A stretch of 64,000 nucleotides of DNA from Eubacteriales bacterium. GTDB lineage: Bacteria > Bacillota > Clostridia > Oscillospirales > CAG-272. The position numbers were made by a program, and so were the translations under genes. Below, in pieces: positions 19,523-28,787 of this stretch (position 1 is the first letter of the stretch; each line of letters opens with the position of its first letter). The stretch spans positions 36,307 to 100,306 of the forward strand of contig JAZNJH010000025.1 of NCBI GenBank assembly GCA_045577925.1. Direction: 5' to 3'. A model generated the notes under the pieces. The model saw only the letters and a list, made by a program, of their open reading frames with translations, was not told where the DNA came from and did not search any database.

Positions 19523-20818
19523 ATGGCAAAAAAGAAGCACGCACGTTATACCTTTATGATAACTTTATTAGCGCTCACTCTTGCTCTGCACGCATCTGCA
19601 TTTTCAGTCTCTCCGGCACTTGATATTATTGCAAACGAATACGGACTTACAAAAGTAAGCCTTGTCAGCCGCGACGTTTATTTTGAATCCTCGGATTTCA
19701 GCGAAGTAACCGGGCTTGATAAAATAGATTATATAACTGTAAAAGCACTGCCGGACCAAAATGCAGGAACGCTTATGATCGGAAATATTGCGATTGGCGA
19801 AAACCAGAAAATAAGCAGTAAGAATCTTTCAAACCTCCGCTTTGTGCCGAGAAGCTCAAATGAAATTGCCACTTCTTTTACCTTCAGCACAAATAACAAT
19901 GCCGCCACCTACACGTGCTCGGTATATTTACTTGAGCGCGATAATGCGGCACCGAGCATACAAAGCAGTGCCGGAAATTCACTTTCCACTTATAAAAGCA
20001 TGCCTGTTTTCGGAAAGCTTAAAGCACACGATCCCGAAAACGATCCGCTCACTTTTAAAATAATAAGCGCTCCATTACACGGTAAGCTTGAGCTTACAGA
20101 CAAAACGACCGGCAGCTTCTCATATACGCCCGAAAACGGATATTCGGGAATCGACTTTTTTGAATATGCAGCCTATGACAAATACGCAAACGTATCAGAA
20201 ACGGCGCGTGTAAGTCTAAACGTTCTTGAACCTCAGACAAATATTGTGTTTAGTGACCTTGAAGGTCATTGGGCGCATTATGCGGCTATACGCACCGTTG
20301 CCTGCGGAGCTATGAGCTTTGAGTCTGAGGGTGGTGTATACAACTTCATGCCCGACTTGCCCGTATCGCGTGCTGAGTTCTGTGCATCACTTATGAAAAA
20401 CGCAGGATACAACGGTTTCAGTGCAGTAAGCTCTACGGGATATGCGGACGATGAGGATATTCCGGAAGAATATAAAGGTTATATTGCAGCCGCAAGCGTG
20501 CTTGGTGTTACAAGCGGAATAGAAGCCGACGGCAATCTTCTTTTCTGCCCCAACAATCAGATCACACGCGCTGAAGCCGCCGTAATGATAGAGCGCCTTT
20601 ACGGTTTTTCAAACGATGTTGAAGTTTCGTCAAACGCTTCTGTTGCAGTTTTCGCCGATGCTTCAAGCGTACCTGTATGGGCACACGAAAGTATTGGCGT
20701 TCTGTCAAATCTCGGAATACTCAGCGGCGACTCTTACGGTAATATTTCACCGTATGCCGGTCTTACCCGCGCGCAGACTGCCGTTATGCTTTCCAACATC
20801 AGCGACAACGCAAGATAA
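19523..20818 (+). CDS. SLH-anchored surface protein with cadherin-like/Ig-like repeat
   Basis: Start moved to ATG 19523 (MAKKKHARYTF). Cadherin-like segment DPENDPLTFKIISAPLHGKLELTDKTTGSFSYTPENGYSGIDFFEY. Three SLH repeats at the C-terminus. Confidence 0.82.
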   Translation: MAKKKHARYTFMITLLALTLALHASAFSVSPALDIIANEYGLTKVSLVSRDVYFESSDFSEVTGLDKIDYITVKALPDQNAGTLMIGNIAIGENQKISSKNLSNLRFVPRSSNEIATSFTFSTNNNAATYTCSVYLLERDNAAPSIQSSAGNSLSTYKSMPVFGKLKAHDPENDPLTFKIISAPLHGKLELTDKTTGSFSYTPENGYSGIDFFEYAAYDKYANVSETARVSLNVLEPQTNIVFSDLEGHWAHYAAIRTVACGAMSFESEGGVYNFMPDLPVSRAEFCASLMKNAGYNGFSAVSSTGYADDEDIPEEYKGYIAAASVLGVTSGIEADGNLLFCPNNQITRAEAAVMIERLYGFSNDVEVSSNASVAVFADASSVPVWAHESIGVLSNLGILSGDSYGNISPYAGLTRAQTAVMLSNISDNAR

Positions 20819-20821
20819 AAC

Positions 20822-20851
20822 AAAAAGGAGTATCGCACGATACTCCTTTTT
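20822..20851. terminator. Bidirectional terminator
   Basis: AAAAA-GGAGTATC-gcac-GATACTCC-TTTTT. Confidence 0.8.
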
Positions 20852-20854
20852 GTT

Positions 20855-22357
20855 TTAAAACATCTTGTTTATTTCTGTGATAGTTTCTCTTGTAAGAATG
20901 TCGCCGCCTGCGTGGCCTATCTTACCGCTTGATACGTAAGCGCTGTAATGGCCCGCCTTTTCTGCCTTTTCTGTGGGAAGGTAGCCATCCTTGCCGCAGC
21001 AAAGCTGTACGATAAAGGTCTGCTTTGCATAGCTTCTTGCCTTTATTCTGTTTCCATAGTCAAGGAAAAGCTCGAATGGGTTTGTTGCTATCGCAATATC
21101 GCCAAGACGGATTATATGAGTTTCAACCGTATGTATTTCCTTGTTCTGCTGTTCACGGTATCTTGAAATAGTACCTGCGTATACGTGCATGCGTGCAGTA
21201 TCTTCAAAGTTGAATACGTCCTTATGAGAATTCTGTGCAATATAGTATTCAAGCTCACGGACCGCGTTGTTGTAATCAGCCATCGTGACCTTTCTGAAAG
21301 GAAGGTCGAGATCTATGATCTTATGCTCAAATATCGCCTCGTCCTTATACTCGTTTATCTCTTCATATACGGATATAATTTCGTTTGCAATTCTCTTTCC
21401 CACTCTGTTGCAGCCCGAAATATCGTACATGGACGGGTCCGCTTTATGCTCTATAACGTTCGGGCGCTTTACGTTGGGGTCGTCAATCGGAGTTTCCGGC
21501 TCTACCCAGCGAATAAGGTCTCTCGGGCACTGGTCACCTGCCGCTCCGCAAAGGCTGAGAAGGTATACATCTTCACCGAGCTTTTCTCTCAGTATTGCCT
21601 TTGTTCTGCCCCAATAGTCACCTGAAATGAAGCTTCTCTGTTCAAGGATCTGGGCAGGACATGCAATATTTGCAACAACACCTGTAAGCTTTTTGTTCTT
21701 GTCAAAAGTATAAAGAAGCTCAATACCCGAGTCGTTACCGCCCTCGAGTGCGACAAAGTTTGCGGTGTTGGTATCACCCCACATCTGTGCGCTTCCGTCG
21801 TCATAGCTGACACGGCGGCACATACCTACTGCTGCTCTGCCGAACTCGTTTGTATACAGTGCTTCAGTACGGTTTTTCCATGCATTATATGCCGCAAGAG
21901 CAATTTTATCCGTGATCAGCTCTCCGCCCTCTTCAGGGGTAAGAACGTCGTCGCTCGGCGTTACTGCCTCACCGTATTTCTTACCCTCGGGAAGAAATTC
22001 TTCGAGTATCGAAACAACACCCGCAAATGAGCGTGCGCTCGTTTCGTCCTTCTTCTTTGCCGTCATTTTTATAGACGTATGAGAATGCGTTGCGCCAACC
22101 ATTATTTTTCTCGGGTCAACCTCGTCTGTTAAACGAGCAAATTTCTCTCTTGCAATTTCAAGGAGCTCTTCATCAAGTGCTTCTACATCGGCCGACATCA
22201 GTATCATCTGATCTCCATCCGCTTCAACTGCCATTGCAGTTACAGTTATATCAGACTCAACGTAGTCGGATATTCTTTCAAAAAACTGACCTTCAAGGCT
22301 AACCTTTTTTTCGGGCACAAGGCTTTCCTCAGCCCAACCTATAAGTAACTTTCCCAT
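20855..22357 (-). CDS. Neutral/alkaline-ceramidase-like hydrolase family protein (uncertain)
   Basis: Start moved to ATG 22357, after AGGAGA. MGKLLIGWAEESLVP...MVGATHSHTS resembles the ceramidase_alk N-terminal pattern. Confidence 0.45.
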   Translation of the reverse strand: MGKLLIGWAEESLVPEKKVSLEGQFFERISDYVESDITVTAMAVEADGDQMILMSADVEALDEELLEIAREKFARLTDEVDPRKIMVGATHSHTSIKMTAKKKDETSARSFAGVVSILEEFLPEGKKYGEAVTPSDDVLTPEEGGELITDKIALAAYNAWKNRTEALYTNEFGRAAVGMCRRVSYDDGSAQMWGDTNTANFVALEGGNDSGIELLYTFDKNKKLTGVVANIACPAQILEQRSFISGDYWGRTKAILREKLGEDVYLLSLCGAAGDQCPRDLIRWVEPETPIDDPNVKRPNVIEHKADPSMYDISGCNRVGKRIANEIISVYEEINEYKDEAIFEHKIIDLDLPFRKVTMADYNNAVRELEYYIAQNSHKDVFNFEDTARMHVYAGTISRYREQQNKEIHTVETHIIRLGDIAIATNPFELFLDYGNRIKARSYAKQTFIVQLCCGKDGYLPTEKAEKAGHYSAYVSSGKIGHAGGDILTRETITEINKMF

Positions 22358-22483
22358 TTTTATTTCTCCTGCAAAAACAAAATTACAAACATATACATTA
22401 ATTATAAATTCAATAACAAATAAAATCAATAGTTTTCGAAAATTTCTTAAATAAAAACGCCGCGAAGCGTTTTCCTTTTTTGT

Positions 22484-22849
22484 TTAATCTTGCGCATCTT
22501 CTTCATTGCTTTCCATTTTAATTTCCCAATGGATAAGCAATGCAAGCAGGGCACGGATTACAATAACAATAGCAAGGATAGCAAGCTCCTTGAGATCGCG
22601 CACTATGACCGTGTTGATAATTTCGGCTCCCAATTTGAATTCAAGAGCAAATGCAAGCGTTCTGCCAAGGGTAATGACTATATTGGCAGGCTTTTTGTTT
22701 TTAGGCCGCAGTACTATTGATACAAGCGCTTTAAATGAGCCTATTATGATTATAAAAATACCGATGAGCTCAAGTGAATAAACAGCAAGCTCCGCAAACA
22801 AGTGCAGAAAATCCTTAAAACCAGCAATAAGATCAGCAAACGTCAGCAT
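22484..22849 (-). CDS. Small integral membrane protein (DUF1622-like)
   Basis: Three or four TM helices. The segment LAFALEFKLGAEIINTVI resembles DUF1622. Confidence 0.5.
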   Translation of the reverse strand: MLTFADLIAGFKDFLHLFAELAVYSLELIGIFIIIIGSFKALVSIVLRPKNKKPANIVITLGRTLAFALEFKLGAEIINTVIVRDLKELAILAIVIVIRALLALLIHWEIKMESNEEDAQD

Positions 22850-23000
22850 ATTTACAACATCTCACTTTCTTATGTAGATTCGTTTATTATTGTATCATAA
22901 ATTTTATTATTTTTCAACCTGTATGTCAAAATACATTTTATGGCAGCAAAATTTGTTTTCTCCACCTTCGAGGTTTGCCCCCGAAATATCACCAGCCGCA

Positions 23001-23032
23001 AAAAAGGGACCGCTTTTGCGACCCCTTTTTTG
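23001..23032 (-). terminator. Terminator downstream of tRNA-Gln
   Basis: Minus-strand RNA GGGGUCGC-AAAA-GCGGUCCC forms 8 bp, two of them G-U, followed by UUUUUU. Confidence 0.6.
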
Positions 23033-23108
23033 TGGCTGGAGTAGTTGGATTCGAACCAACGAGATGCCAGAGTCAAAGTCTGGTGCCTTACCGCTTGGCT
23101 ATACCCCA
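23033..23108 (-). tRNA. tRNA-Gln (anticodon UUG), CCA encoded
   Basis: Reverse complement: UGGGGUA-UA-GCC-AAGCGGUAA-GGC-A-CCAGA-CUUUGAC-UCUGG-CAUCU-CGUUGG... with T-arm GUUGG-UUCGAAU-CCAAC. The acceptor stem pairs 7/7 including one G-U. Discriminator G, then CCA. Confidence 0.9.
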
Positions 23109-23240
23109 TAATTAAAACAGCGCTTTTTGCGCTGAGGCTATTTTACCATATTATTCCCCTCTTTGTCAATACAAATTCCCAAAATACAATATAAAAAAGC
23201 AAGACGAAAAAATAATACTCTCATCTTGCTTTCTATCATT

Positions 23241-23474
23241 TTAGAATAGTTTATTGGGCGTGTCTATAATTCCGGCAATATAGTCAATGGAAACATTATA
23301 ATATACAGCGAATTTTTTTGCCCATTCGAGCGGCAAGTCACTTTCTCCGCTTTCATATCTTCTGTATTGTGTAGGTTGCATAGAAAACTTTTCTGCTAAT
23401 TCTTTTTGCGTTAAATCTTTATCTCCTCTTAAATCACGCAATCTGTTATAGTATTTACCACCATATTTTTTCAT
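23241..23474 (-). CDS. XRE-family HTH DNA-binding protein (77 aa)
   Basis: Start moved to ATG 23474, with GAGGTG 6 nt upstream. HTH motif LTQKELAEKFSMQPTQYRRYESGESDLPLEWAKKFAVYYNVSIDYI. Confidence 0.8.
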   Translation of the reverse strand: MKKYGGKYYNRLRDLRGDKDLTQKELAEKFSMQPTQYRRYESGESDLPLEWAKKFAVYYNVSIDYIAGIIDTPNKLF

Positions 23475-23508
23475 ATAACTCACCTCTTAAAATAATTATA
23501 CACAATCA

Positions 23509-23574
23509 CACAAAAAAGTGTTGACATTCGCACAAATTTGTGTTATTATATTGTTGCAGTAGCACAAATTTGTG
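23509..23574. promoter_or_regulatory. Operator cluster: two perfect 12-bp palindromes CACAAATTTGTG plus one degenerate copy
   Basis: Perfect copies lie at 23531-23542 and 23563-23574, with starts 32 bp apart. A degenerate copy CACAAAAAAGTG lies at 23509-23520. The first perfect copy fills the spacer of the plus-strand promoter. Confidence 0.6.
23521..23549 (+). promoter_or_regulatory. Sigma-A-type promoter for the 23646 HTH gene
   Basis: TTGACA (23521-23526), 17-nt spacer, TATTAT (23544-23549). Confidence 0.6.
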
Positions 23575-23645
23575 TTTTTATGCCTTGTTTTTTCTTAATT
23601 TAATGCATAAATTTATAAAAATTAATTTTAAAGGATGAGTACAAA

Positions 23646-23894
23646 ATGAACTTCGATACTGAAATACATATCCTGTGTGAAAATATAAAAAGGCTAAGAA
23701 TAATTTCACATTTATCCAAAAAAGAAATGGCAAACAAACTAAAAATATCTGTCAAAGCTCTAACATTCATTGAAAACGGTATCTTGCCGGAGAGACTAAG
23801 CTGTGCTATTCTTTTTAACATCTATCGTAATTTTAGTATACATCCTAAAGACATATTATCTAAAATAATAAGTCTGGATGGATATATCAAATAA
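23646..23894 (+). CDS. XRE-family HTH DNA-binding protein (82 aa)
   Basis: RBS AAAGGATGA. HTH motif LSKKEMANKLKISVKALTFIENG. Confidence 0.7.
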   Translation: MNFDTEIHILCENIKRLRIISHLSKKEMANKLKISVKALTFIENGILPERLSCAILFNIYRNFSIHPKDILSKIISLDGYIK

Positions 23895-24014
23895 TATTAA
23901 CTGCAACGCTTGTTGTAATAAATTTTAAAATGAGGTGATTTTATATGAAGTAAAAATATAAAGTATAATAAATTAAAAAATGTTTCCCCTCGATTTGTTG
24001 CCACACAAGTACAA

Positions 24015-24043
24015 AGAAGCCACCCAAATAATGGGTGGCTTCT
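24015..24043. terminator. Bidirectional hairpin terminator
   Basis: AGAAGCCACCC-aaataat-GGGTGGCTTCT, a perfect 11-bp stem. Confidence 0.7.
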
Positions 24044-24069
24044 GCCGTTTATTGTGTAACAATTTTTTC

Positions 24070-25473
24070 TTATGCTCGTTCCTTTTCCATCAGCTTTCTG
24101 CCCATGAGAACGCCCATTGCGGATGCCATCATAAGCCCTCTCGTCCAACCTGACGAGTCGCCAAGACAATGGAGTCCTTCAACGCTCGTGTTTAAGTCAA
24201 CGTCTGTTTTTACTCTGTTGCTGTAAAACTTGAGTTCAGGTGAATAAAGCAGTGTTTCTTCCGATGCAAAGCCCGGTACTACGTTGTCTACCGCCTGAAT
24301 AAAGTTTATTATATTCATCATTGCACGGTATGGCATCGCCGCAGTTATATCTCCTGCAACAGCATCGGGGATCGTCGGCTTTACGTTCGAGTTTGCAAGC
24401 TCCTTCTGCCACGTGCGCTTACCGTCAAGTATATCTCCGTAGCGTTGTACGAGGATATGCCCCGTTCCGAGCATATTGGTAAGCTCGCCGACCTTTCGCG
24501 CGTATTCGATAGGCTGATCGAACGGCTCGCTGAAGTTATGCGATACGAGTATTGCAAGGTTTGTGTTCGGGCTCTTGAGTTCCTTATACGAGTGGCCGTT
24601 TACAACGGCAAGTCCGTTATCGTAATTCTCCTGCGCAACAAATCCGCCCGGATTCTGACAGAACGTTCTTACCTTATTTTTAAAGGGCTTGGGCCAGCCG
24701 ATAAGCTTGGACTCGTAAAGCACCTCGTTTACCTTTTCCATTACCTCGTTGCGCACTTCTACACGCACACCGATGTCAACTGTACCCGGCTGATGTTCTA
24801 CTCCGTGCTCGGTGCAGAGCTTTTCAAGCCATTCTGCTCCGCGTCTGCCCGTTGCAACGATAGTTGTGTCTGCATCTATGTCATATGTGTTATTCTTTTC
24901 AGTAACTCTTACACCGTAGCACTTACCGTCTTTGATATTGAGCGTGTTGCACTCGCAACCGAACTTGATCTCAACGCCGTTATCTATAAGGTATCTTTCA
25001 AGCTTATAGTATATTTCCTGTGCCTTTTCCGTACCGAGATGACGTATCGGGCAGTCTACGAGCTTAAGACCTGCCTGAATTGCACGCTTGCGTATTTCCT
25101 TTATCTCGTCATCGTTGCTGATACCCTCGATCTTCGAGTCGGCACCAAATTCAAGATAGATCTTATCGGTGTAGTCAATAAGTTCAACAACAACGTCCTC
25201 TCCAACAAGCTTGGGAAGATCTCCGCCAACCTCAGGAGAGAGCGAAAGCTTACCGTCCGAGAACGCGCCCGCGCCCGAAAAGCCCGTGGTTATATGGCAA
25301 TAGGGCTTGCAGTTAACGCATCTCTGCGTTTCCTTTTTAGGGCAATGGCGCTTTTCTATCGGTGCGCCCTTTTCCACAATAATTATATTCTTTTTTGTAC
25401 CCTGTCTTATCATTTCAATTGCCGTAAAAATACCGGCAGGACCCGCGCCGATTATAACAACGTCGGTTTTCAT
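24070..25473 (-). CDS. FAD-dependent oxidoreductase (uncharacterised COG2509-type dehydrogenase)
   Basis: N-terminal Rossmann motif DVVIIGAGPAGIFTA. The 467-aa length and a second GxG region near the C-terminus (CLGDSSG) fit this class. Confidence 0.8.
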   Translation of the reverse strand: MKTDVVIIGAGPAGIFTAIEMIRQGTKKNIIIVEKGAPIEKRHCPKKETQRCVNCKPYCHITTGFSGAGAFSDGKLSLSPEVGGDLPKLVGEDVVVELIDYTDKIYLEFGADSKIEGISNDDEIKEIRKRAIQAGLKLVDCPIRHLGTEKAQEIYYKLERYLIDNGVEIKFGCECNTLNIKDGKCYGVRVTEKNNTYDIDADTTIVATGRRGAEWLEKLCTEHGVEHQPGTVDIGVRVEVRNEVMEKVNEVLYESKLIGWPKPFKNKVRTFCQNPGGFVAQENYDNGLAVVNGHSYKELKSPNTNLAILVSHNFSEPFDQPIEYARKVGELTNMLGTGHILVQRYGDILDGKRTWQKELANSNVKPTIPDAVAGDITAAMPYRAMMNIINFIQAVDNVVPGFASEETLLYSPELKFYSNRVKTDVDLNTSVEGLHCLGDSSGWTRGLMMASAMGVLMGRKLMEKERA

Positions 25474-25561
25474 TTTTTATATCCTCCATAAATATACGTT
25501 AGGGTATACTCTGACACAAGAAAACCCTGACGCACGTATCTGCGACAGGTTCCCTTTTATA

Positions 25562-25590
25562 ATTATAAACTCAACTATCCTGTTTGTCAA
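25562..25590 (-). promoter_or_regulatory. Sigma-A-type promoter for the FAD oxidoreductase gene
   Basis: On the minus strand: TTGACA, 17 nt, TATAAT. A perfect 14-bp palindrome AATAGCGCGCTATT (25589-25602) abuts the -35. Confidence 0.55.
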
Positions 25591-25652
25591 TAGCGCGCTA
25601 TTTTACTTTCTCTGTTTTTACTACATTTATTGATAAAAATGTGCGCTACCTA

Positions 25653-25681
25653 TTGACAAAGGGGGATGTATTTATTATAAT
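25653..25681 (+). promoter_or_regulatory. Consensus sigma-A promoter of the pot operon
   Basis: TTGACA (25653-25658), 17-nt spacer, TATAAT (25676-25681). Confidence 0.7.
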
Positions 25682-25687
25682 GTAATC

Positions 25688-25991
25688 GTTAGGGGTCAAT
25701 ACGGCTCCGATTTTATTATTTTAGCACGATTTTTGCATCTGTGCCAACACTTCCAAAGAAAGCAAAGTTTCTTTGGAATATATCATCGTTTAAAATTAAA
25801 TAGATGTACACTTACGGCAGTTCTTAACAAGAACCGTGACGTATAAGTCTGTGAGATCGCATGCTGCAGTCCGCGCCTTTTTGCGGATTTGTAACAAACT
25901 CTTTGCGGGGGCTGTGATCAGCCGTAGGTGGGGTTCGCGCAGAGCTGTATACGGCTGTACGCGGCTCTAGCCGCAAAGGGGGATGCAAAAA
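25688..25991 (+). promoter_or_regulatory. Long structured 5' leader of potABCD (candidate cis-regulatory RNA, class unknown)
   Basis: About 300 nt lie between the consensus promoter and the potA ATG. There is an 11-bp perfect hairpin at 25751-25778 and a terminator-like hairpin AGUCCGC...GCGGAUU at 25868-25889. The 3' part is GC-rich. In it, CTTTGCGG (25901-25908) can pair with CCGCAAAG (25971-25978), which overlaps the SD sequence AAGGGGG. Confidence 0.4.
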
Positions 25992-27140
25992 ATGGATAAG
26001 AATATCATTGATCTTAAGAACATCACTGTCGCATTTGACGGTGAAACCGTACTTGATGATCTTTCTCTTTCTATACGTGACGGGGAATTTGTAACTTTAC
26101 TCGGCTCGTCGGGATGCGGAAAGACCACAACTCTCAGAATTATCGCCGGTTTCATCGAGCCTGATGCGGGCAGTGTTTTTTTTGACGGCTCACTCGTTAA
26201 CGGTATTCCGCCGTATAAGAGACCTGTCAATACGATATTCCAGAAATACGCGCTCTTTCCGAATCTAAACGTTTATGATAATATCGCTTTCGGACTCAGA
26301 GTGAGCAAAACGCCCGAAAAGGAGATACGTGAGAGAGTCAGCGAGATGCTCAGCCTTGTCGGTCTCAAGGGCTTTGAGAAAAAGAACATAGCATATCTTT
26401 CGGGCGGTCAGCAGCAACGTGTTGCAATAGCGCGCGCCGTTATAAACAGACCTAAGGTTCTGCTTCTGGACGAGCCGCTTGCGGCGCTTGACGCAAAGCT
26501 CAGAAAAGACATGCAAAACGAACTTAAAAAGATACAGAGAGAACTCGGTATCACCTTTATTTTCGTAACGCACGATCAGGAAGAGGCCCTCTCTATGTCT
26601 GACACCGTCGTTGTTATGAACGAGGGTAAGATACAGCAGGTGGGAACGCCTATCGACATATATAACGAGCCGCAGAATGCATTCGTTGCAGACTTTATCG
26701 GCGAATCGAACATAGTTGACGGCGTTATGCTTGAAGACTTCAAGGTAAAGCTTGGCGGAAGAATATTTGAATGTTTAGACCGCGGCTTTGATAAAAACGA
26801 GCCTGTTGACGTTGTAATTCGTCCTGAGGACGTGGACATAGTACCGCTTGAAAACGGCATGATCGCCGGAACTATCACGTCGGTTACGTTCAGAGGCGTG
26901 CATTTTGAATTTATTATAGACGTATGCGGCTTCAAGTGGATGATACAGACCACCGACTATCACGAGGTTGGCGAGAACGTTGGACTTTACATTGAGCCTG
27001 ACGCAATTCATATAATGAAAAAATCCAAGTATTCGGGTATGTTTGGCGACTACAGTTCGTTCAGCGACGAAATGGACAATATAAGCAACCCCGACTTTGA
27101 GGAGGGACAGTCTGCTGATAAGGAGGTAGACCCCTCTTGA
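25992..27140 (+). CDS. potA: Spermidine/putrescine ABC transporter ATP-binding protein
   Basis: Walker [35 protein letters not shown], and a TOBE-like C-terminus. The ATG at 25992 has better SD spacing than the one at 25983. Confidence 0.9.
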   Translation: MDKNIIDLKNITVAFDGETVLDDLSLSIRDGEFVTLLGSSGCGKTTTLRIIAGFIEPDAGSVFFDGSLVNGIPPYKRPVNTIFQKYALFPNLNVYDNIAFGLRVSKTPEKEIRERVSEMLSLVGLKGFEKKNIAYLSGGQQQRVAIARAVINRPKVLLLDEPLAALDAKLRKDMQNELKKIQRELGITFIFVTHDQEEALSMSDTVVVMNEGKIQQVGTPIDIYNEPQNAFVADFIGESNIVDGVMLEDFKVKLGGRIFECLDRGFDKNEPVDVVIRPEDVDIVPLENGMIAGTITSVTFRGVHFEFIIDVCGFKWMIQTTDYHEVGENVGLYIEPDAIHIMKKSKYSGMFGDYSSFSDEMDNISNPDFEEGQSADKEVDPS

Positions 27141-27952
27141 AAAGAAAAGGCACGACTGCGCTTTTAAACACTCCCTACGCCGTATGGTCAACTATATTTA
27201 TAGTTGTACCGCTTTTCATAGTAATGTACTATGCATTTACGGATAATAACGGAGCGTTTACGCTTGAAAACATAAAAAATCTGGGTAATTATACCGATAT
27301 ATTCACAATATCGATATTATACTCGCTTATCGCAACGCTTATCACGATAATCATAGCTTATCCGTTTGCGTATGCTATGACAAAAAAGAGTGTATCATCT
27401 CAGAAAATGCAGATGATGCTCATAATGCTTCCCATGTGGATGAATCTGCTTATACGTACGTATTCATGGCTCAACATTTTAGAGAGAAACGGACTTATCA
27501 ATAATTTCCTCGGTCTTTTCGGGTTAGAGCCGCTTAAGATGATAGGCACTCCGGGAGCGGTTATTCTCGGTATGGTATACAACTACCTGCCCTATATGAT
27601 ACTCCCGATATATACAGTGCTTTCAAAAATAGATCCCACGCTTCTTGAAGCGGCTGAGGACCTTGGCTGCTCGTCTTTTCAGAAGATGATACGCCTTATA
27701 ATACCTATGAGTATGCCGGGCGTTGTTTCGGGCATCGCTATGGTATTCGTCCCCTCTGTTTCCACCTTCTATATTTCGCAGAAGCTCGGCGACGGCAAGG
27801 TAATGCTTATCGGAGACGTTATTGAACGCCAGATACAGATGAATCACTATGATGTTGGAGCGTCAATATCCCTCGTGCTTATGGTTATGATACTTATAAG
27901 CATGGCGATAATGAACCGCTTCTCAGATGCCGACGGAGGTGTTGTGGTATGA
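27137..27952 (+). CDS. potB: Spermidine/putrescine ABC transporter permease
   Basis: TTG start 10 nt after AGGAGG, overlapping the potA stop. Six-TM BPD-type permease with EAAEDLG. Confidence 0.88.
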   Translation: MKRKGTTALLNTPYAVWSTIFIVVPLFIVMYYAFTDNNGAFTLENIKNLGNYTDIFTISILYSLIATLITIIIAYPFAYAMTKKSVSSQKMQMMLIMLPMWMNLLIRTYSWLNILERNGLINNFLGLFGLEPLKMIGTPGAVILGMVYNYLPYMILPIYTVLSKIDPTLLEAAEDLGCSSFQKMIRLIIPMSMPGVVSGIAMVFVPSVSTFYISQKLGDGKVMLIGDVIERQIQMNHYDVGASISLVLMVMILISMAIMNRFSDADGGVVV

Positions 27953-28761
27953 AAAAGAAATCCTCCCCTCTGTATAACGTGATACTTGCGCTTGTATATA
28001 TTTTTATGTACGCGCCCCTGCTCGTTATGGTATTTTTCTCATTCAACGAGTCAAAAAGCACGTCTGTATTCACGGGCTTTTCATTCAAATGGTATGTTGA
28101 GCTTTTTTCAAACAGCGATATTATGGAAGCGCTTCGCAACACGCTTGTGCTTGCCGTGCTCTCCTCTCTTATCGCAACGGTTATCGGCACTATCGCCGCT
28201 TACGGTATATACCGCACGAGAAACAACTTTGTTTCAAGCTCGTTTATGACTGTAACGAACATACCGATGATGAACCCCGACATTGTAACGGGTGTTTCGC
28301 TTATGCCTTTGTTCGTATTCGTCGGCAGGCTTATCGGCGCAAATACCTCGCTTAACTTTTTTACCCTGCTTATAGCGCACATAACGTTTAACATACCGTA
28401 CGTTATTCTCAACGTACTGCCAAAGCTTCGTCAGACCGACGTACGTCTGTATGAAGCCGCGCTCGATCTTGGCTGCACTCCGAGGCAGGCATTTTTCAAG
28501 GTTATGATGCCGGCAATAAACCCCGGTATAGTTTCAGGACTTCTGATGTCCTTTACATTGTCTCTTGACGATTTCGTTATAAGCTACTACACAAGCTCAG
28601 GCTTCCAGACGCTCCCGATCAAGATATTCTCAATGACAAAAAGAATCGTAAAGCCTGATATGTATGCGCTCTCAAGCATAATTTTCGTTACTATATTACT
28701 GCTTCTTATAACAATTAACATTCTTCAGATGAAAGGCGAGGCAAAGCCCGCAAAAAAGTAA
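27949..28761 (+). CDS. potC: Spermidine/putrescine ABC transporter permease
   Basis: ATGA overlap with potB. EAALDLG motif. Confidence 0.88.
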   Translation: MKKKSSPLYNVILALVYIFMYAPLLVMVFFSFNESKSTSVFTGFSFKWYVELFSNSDIMEALRNTLVLAVLSSLIATVIGTIAAYGIYRTRNNFVSSSFMTVTNIPMMNPDIVTGVSLMPLFVFVGRLIGANTSLNFFTLLIAHITFNIPYVILNVLPKLRQTDVRLYEAALDLGCTPRQAFFKVMMPAINPGIVSGLLMSFTLSLDDFVISYYTSSGFQTLPIKIFSMTKRIVKPDMYALSSIIFVTILLLLITINILQMKGEAKPAKK

Positions 28762-28787
28762 TCGCAAAAACAGAAAGGAAATAATAA

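Noticed and set aside
23932-23953. Strong SD (GAGGTGA) followed by a two-codon mini-ORF, ATG AAG TAA.
   Set aside because: It is too short to be a product, and no downstream plus-strand gene exists for it to regulate; the next elements are a bidirectional hairpin and a convergent gene. It is probably a chance occurrence in AT-rich DNA.
23001-24069. The idea that the tRNA-Gln-adjacent islet is a prophage or integrative element.
   Set aside because: There is no integrase, excisionase or cargo genes. I could not find a direct repeat of the tRNA 3' end to mark an att site. I kept it only as a possible remnant or stand-alone switch.
24445-25491. 348-aa ORF on the plus strand.
   Set aside because: It lies entirely antisense to the FAD-dependent oxidoreductase, whose Rossmann motif and length are convincing. 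It has no RBS and a low-complexity, Leu/Arg/Phe-rich translation typical of shadow ORFs.
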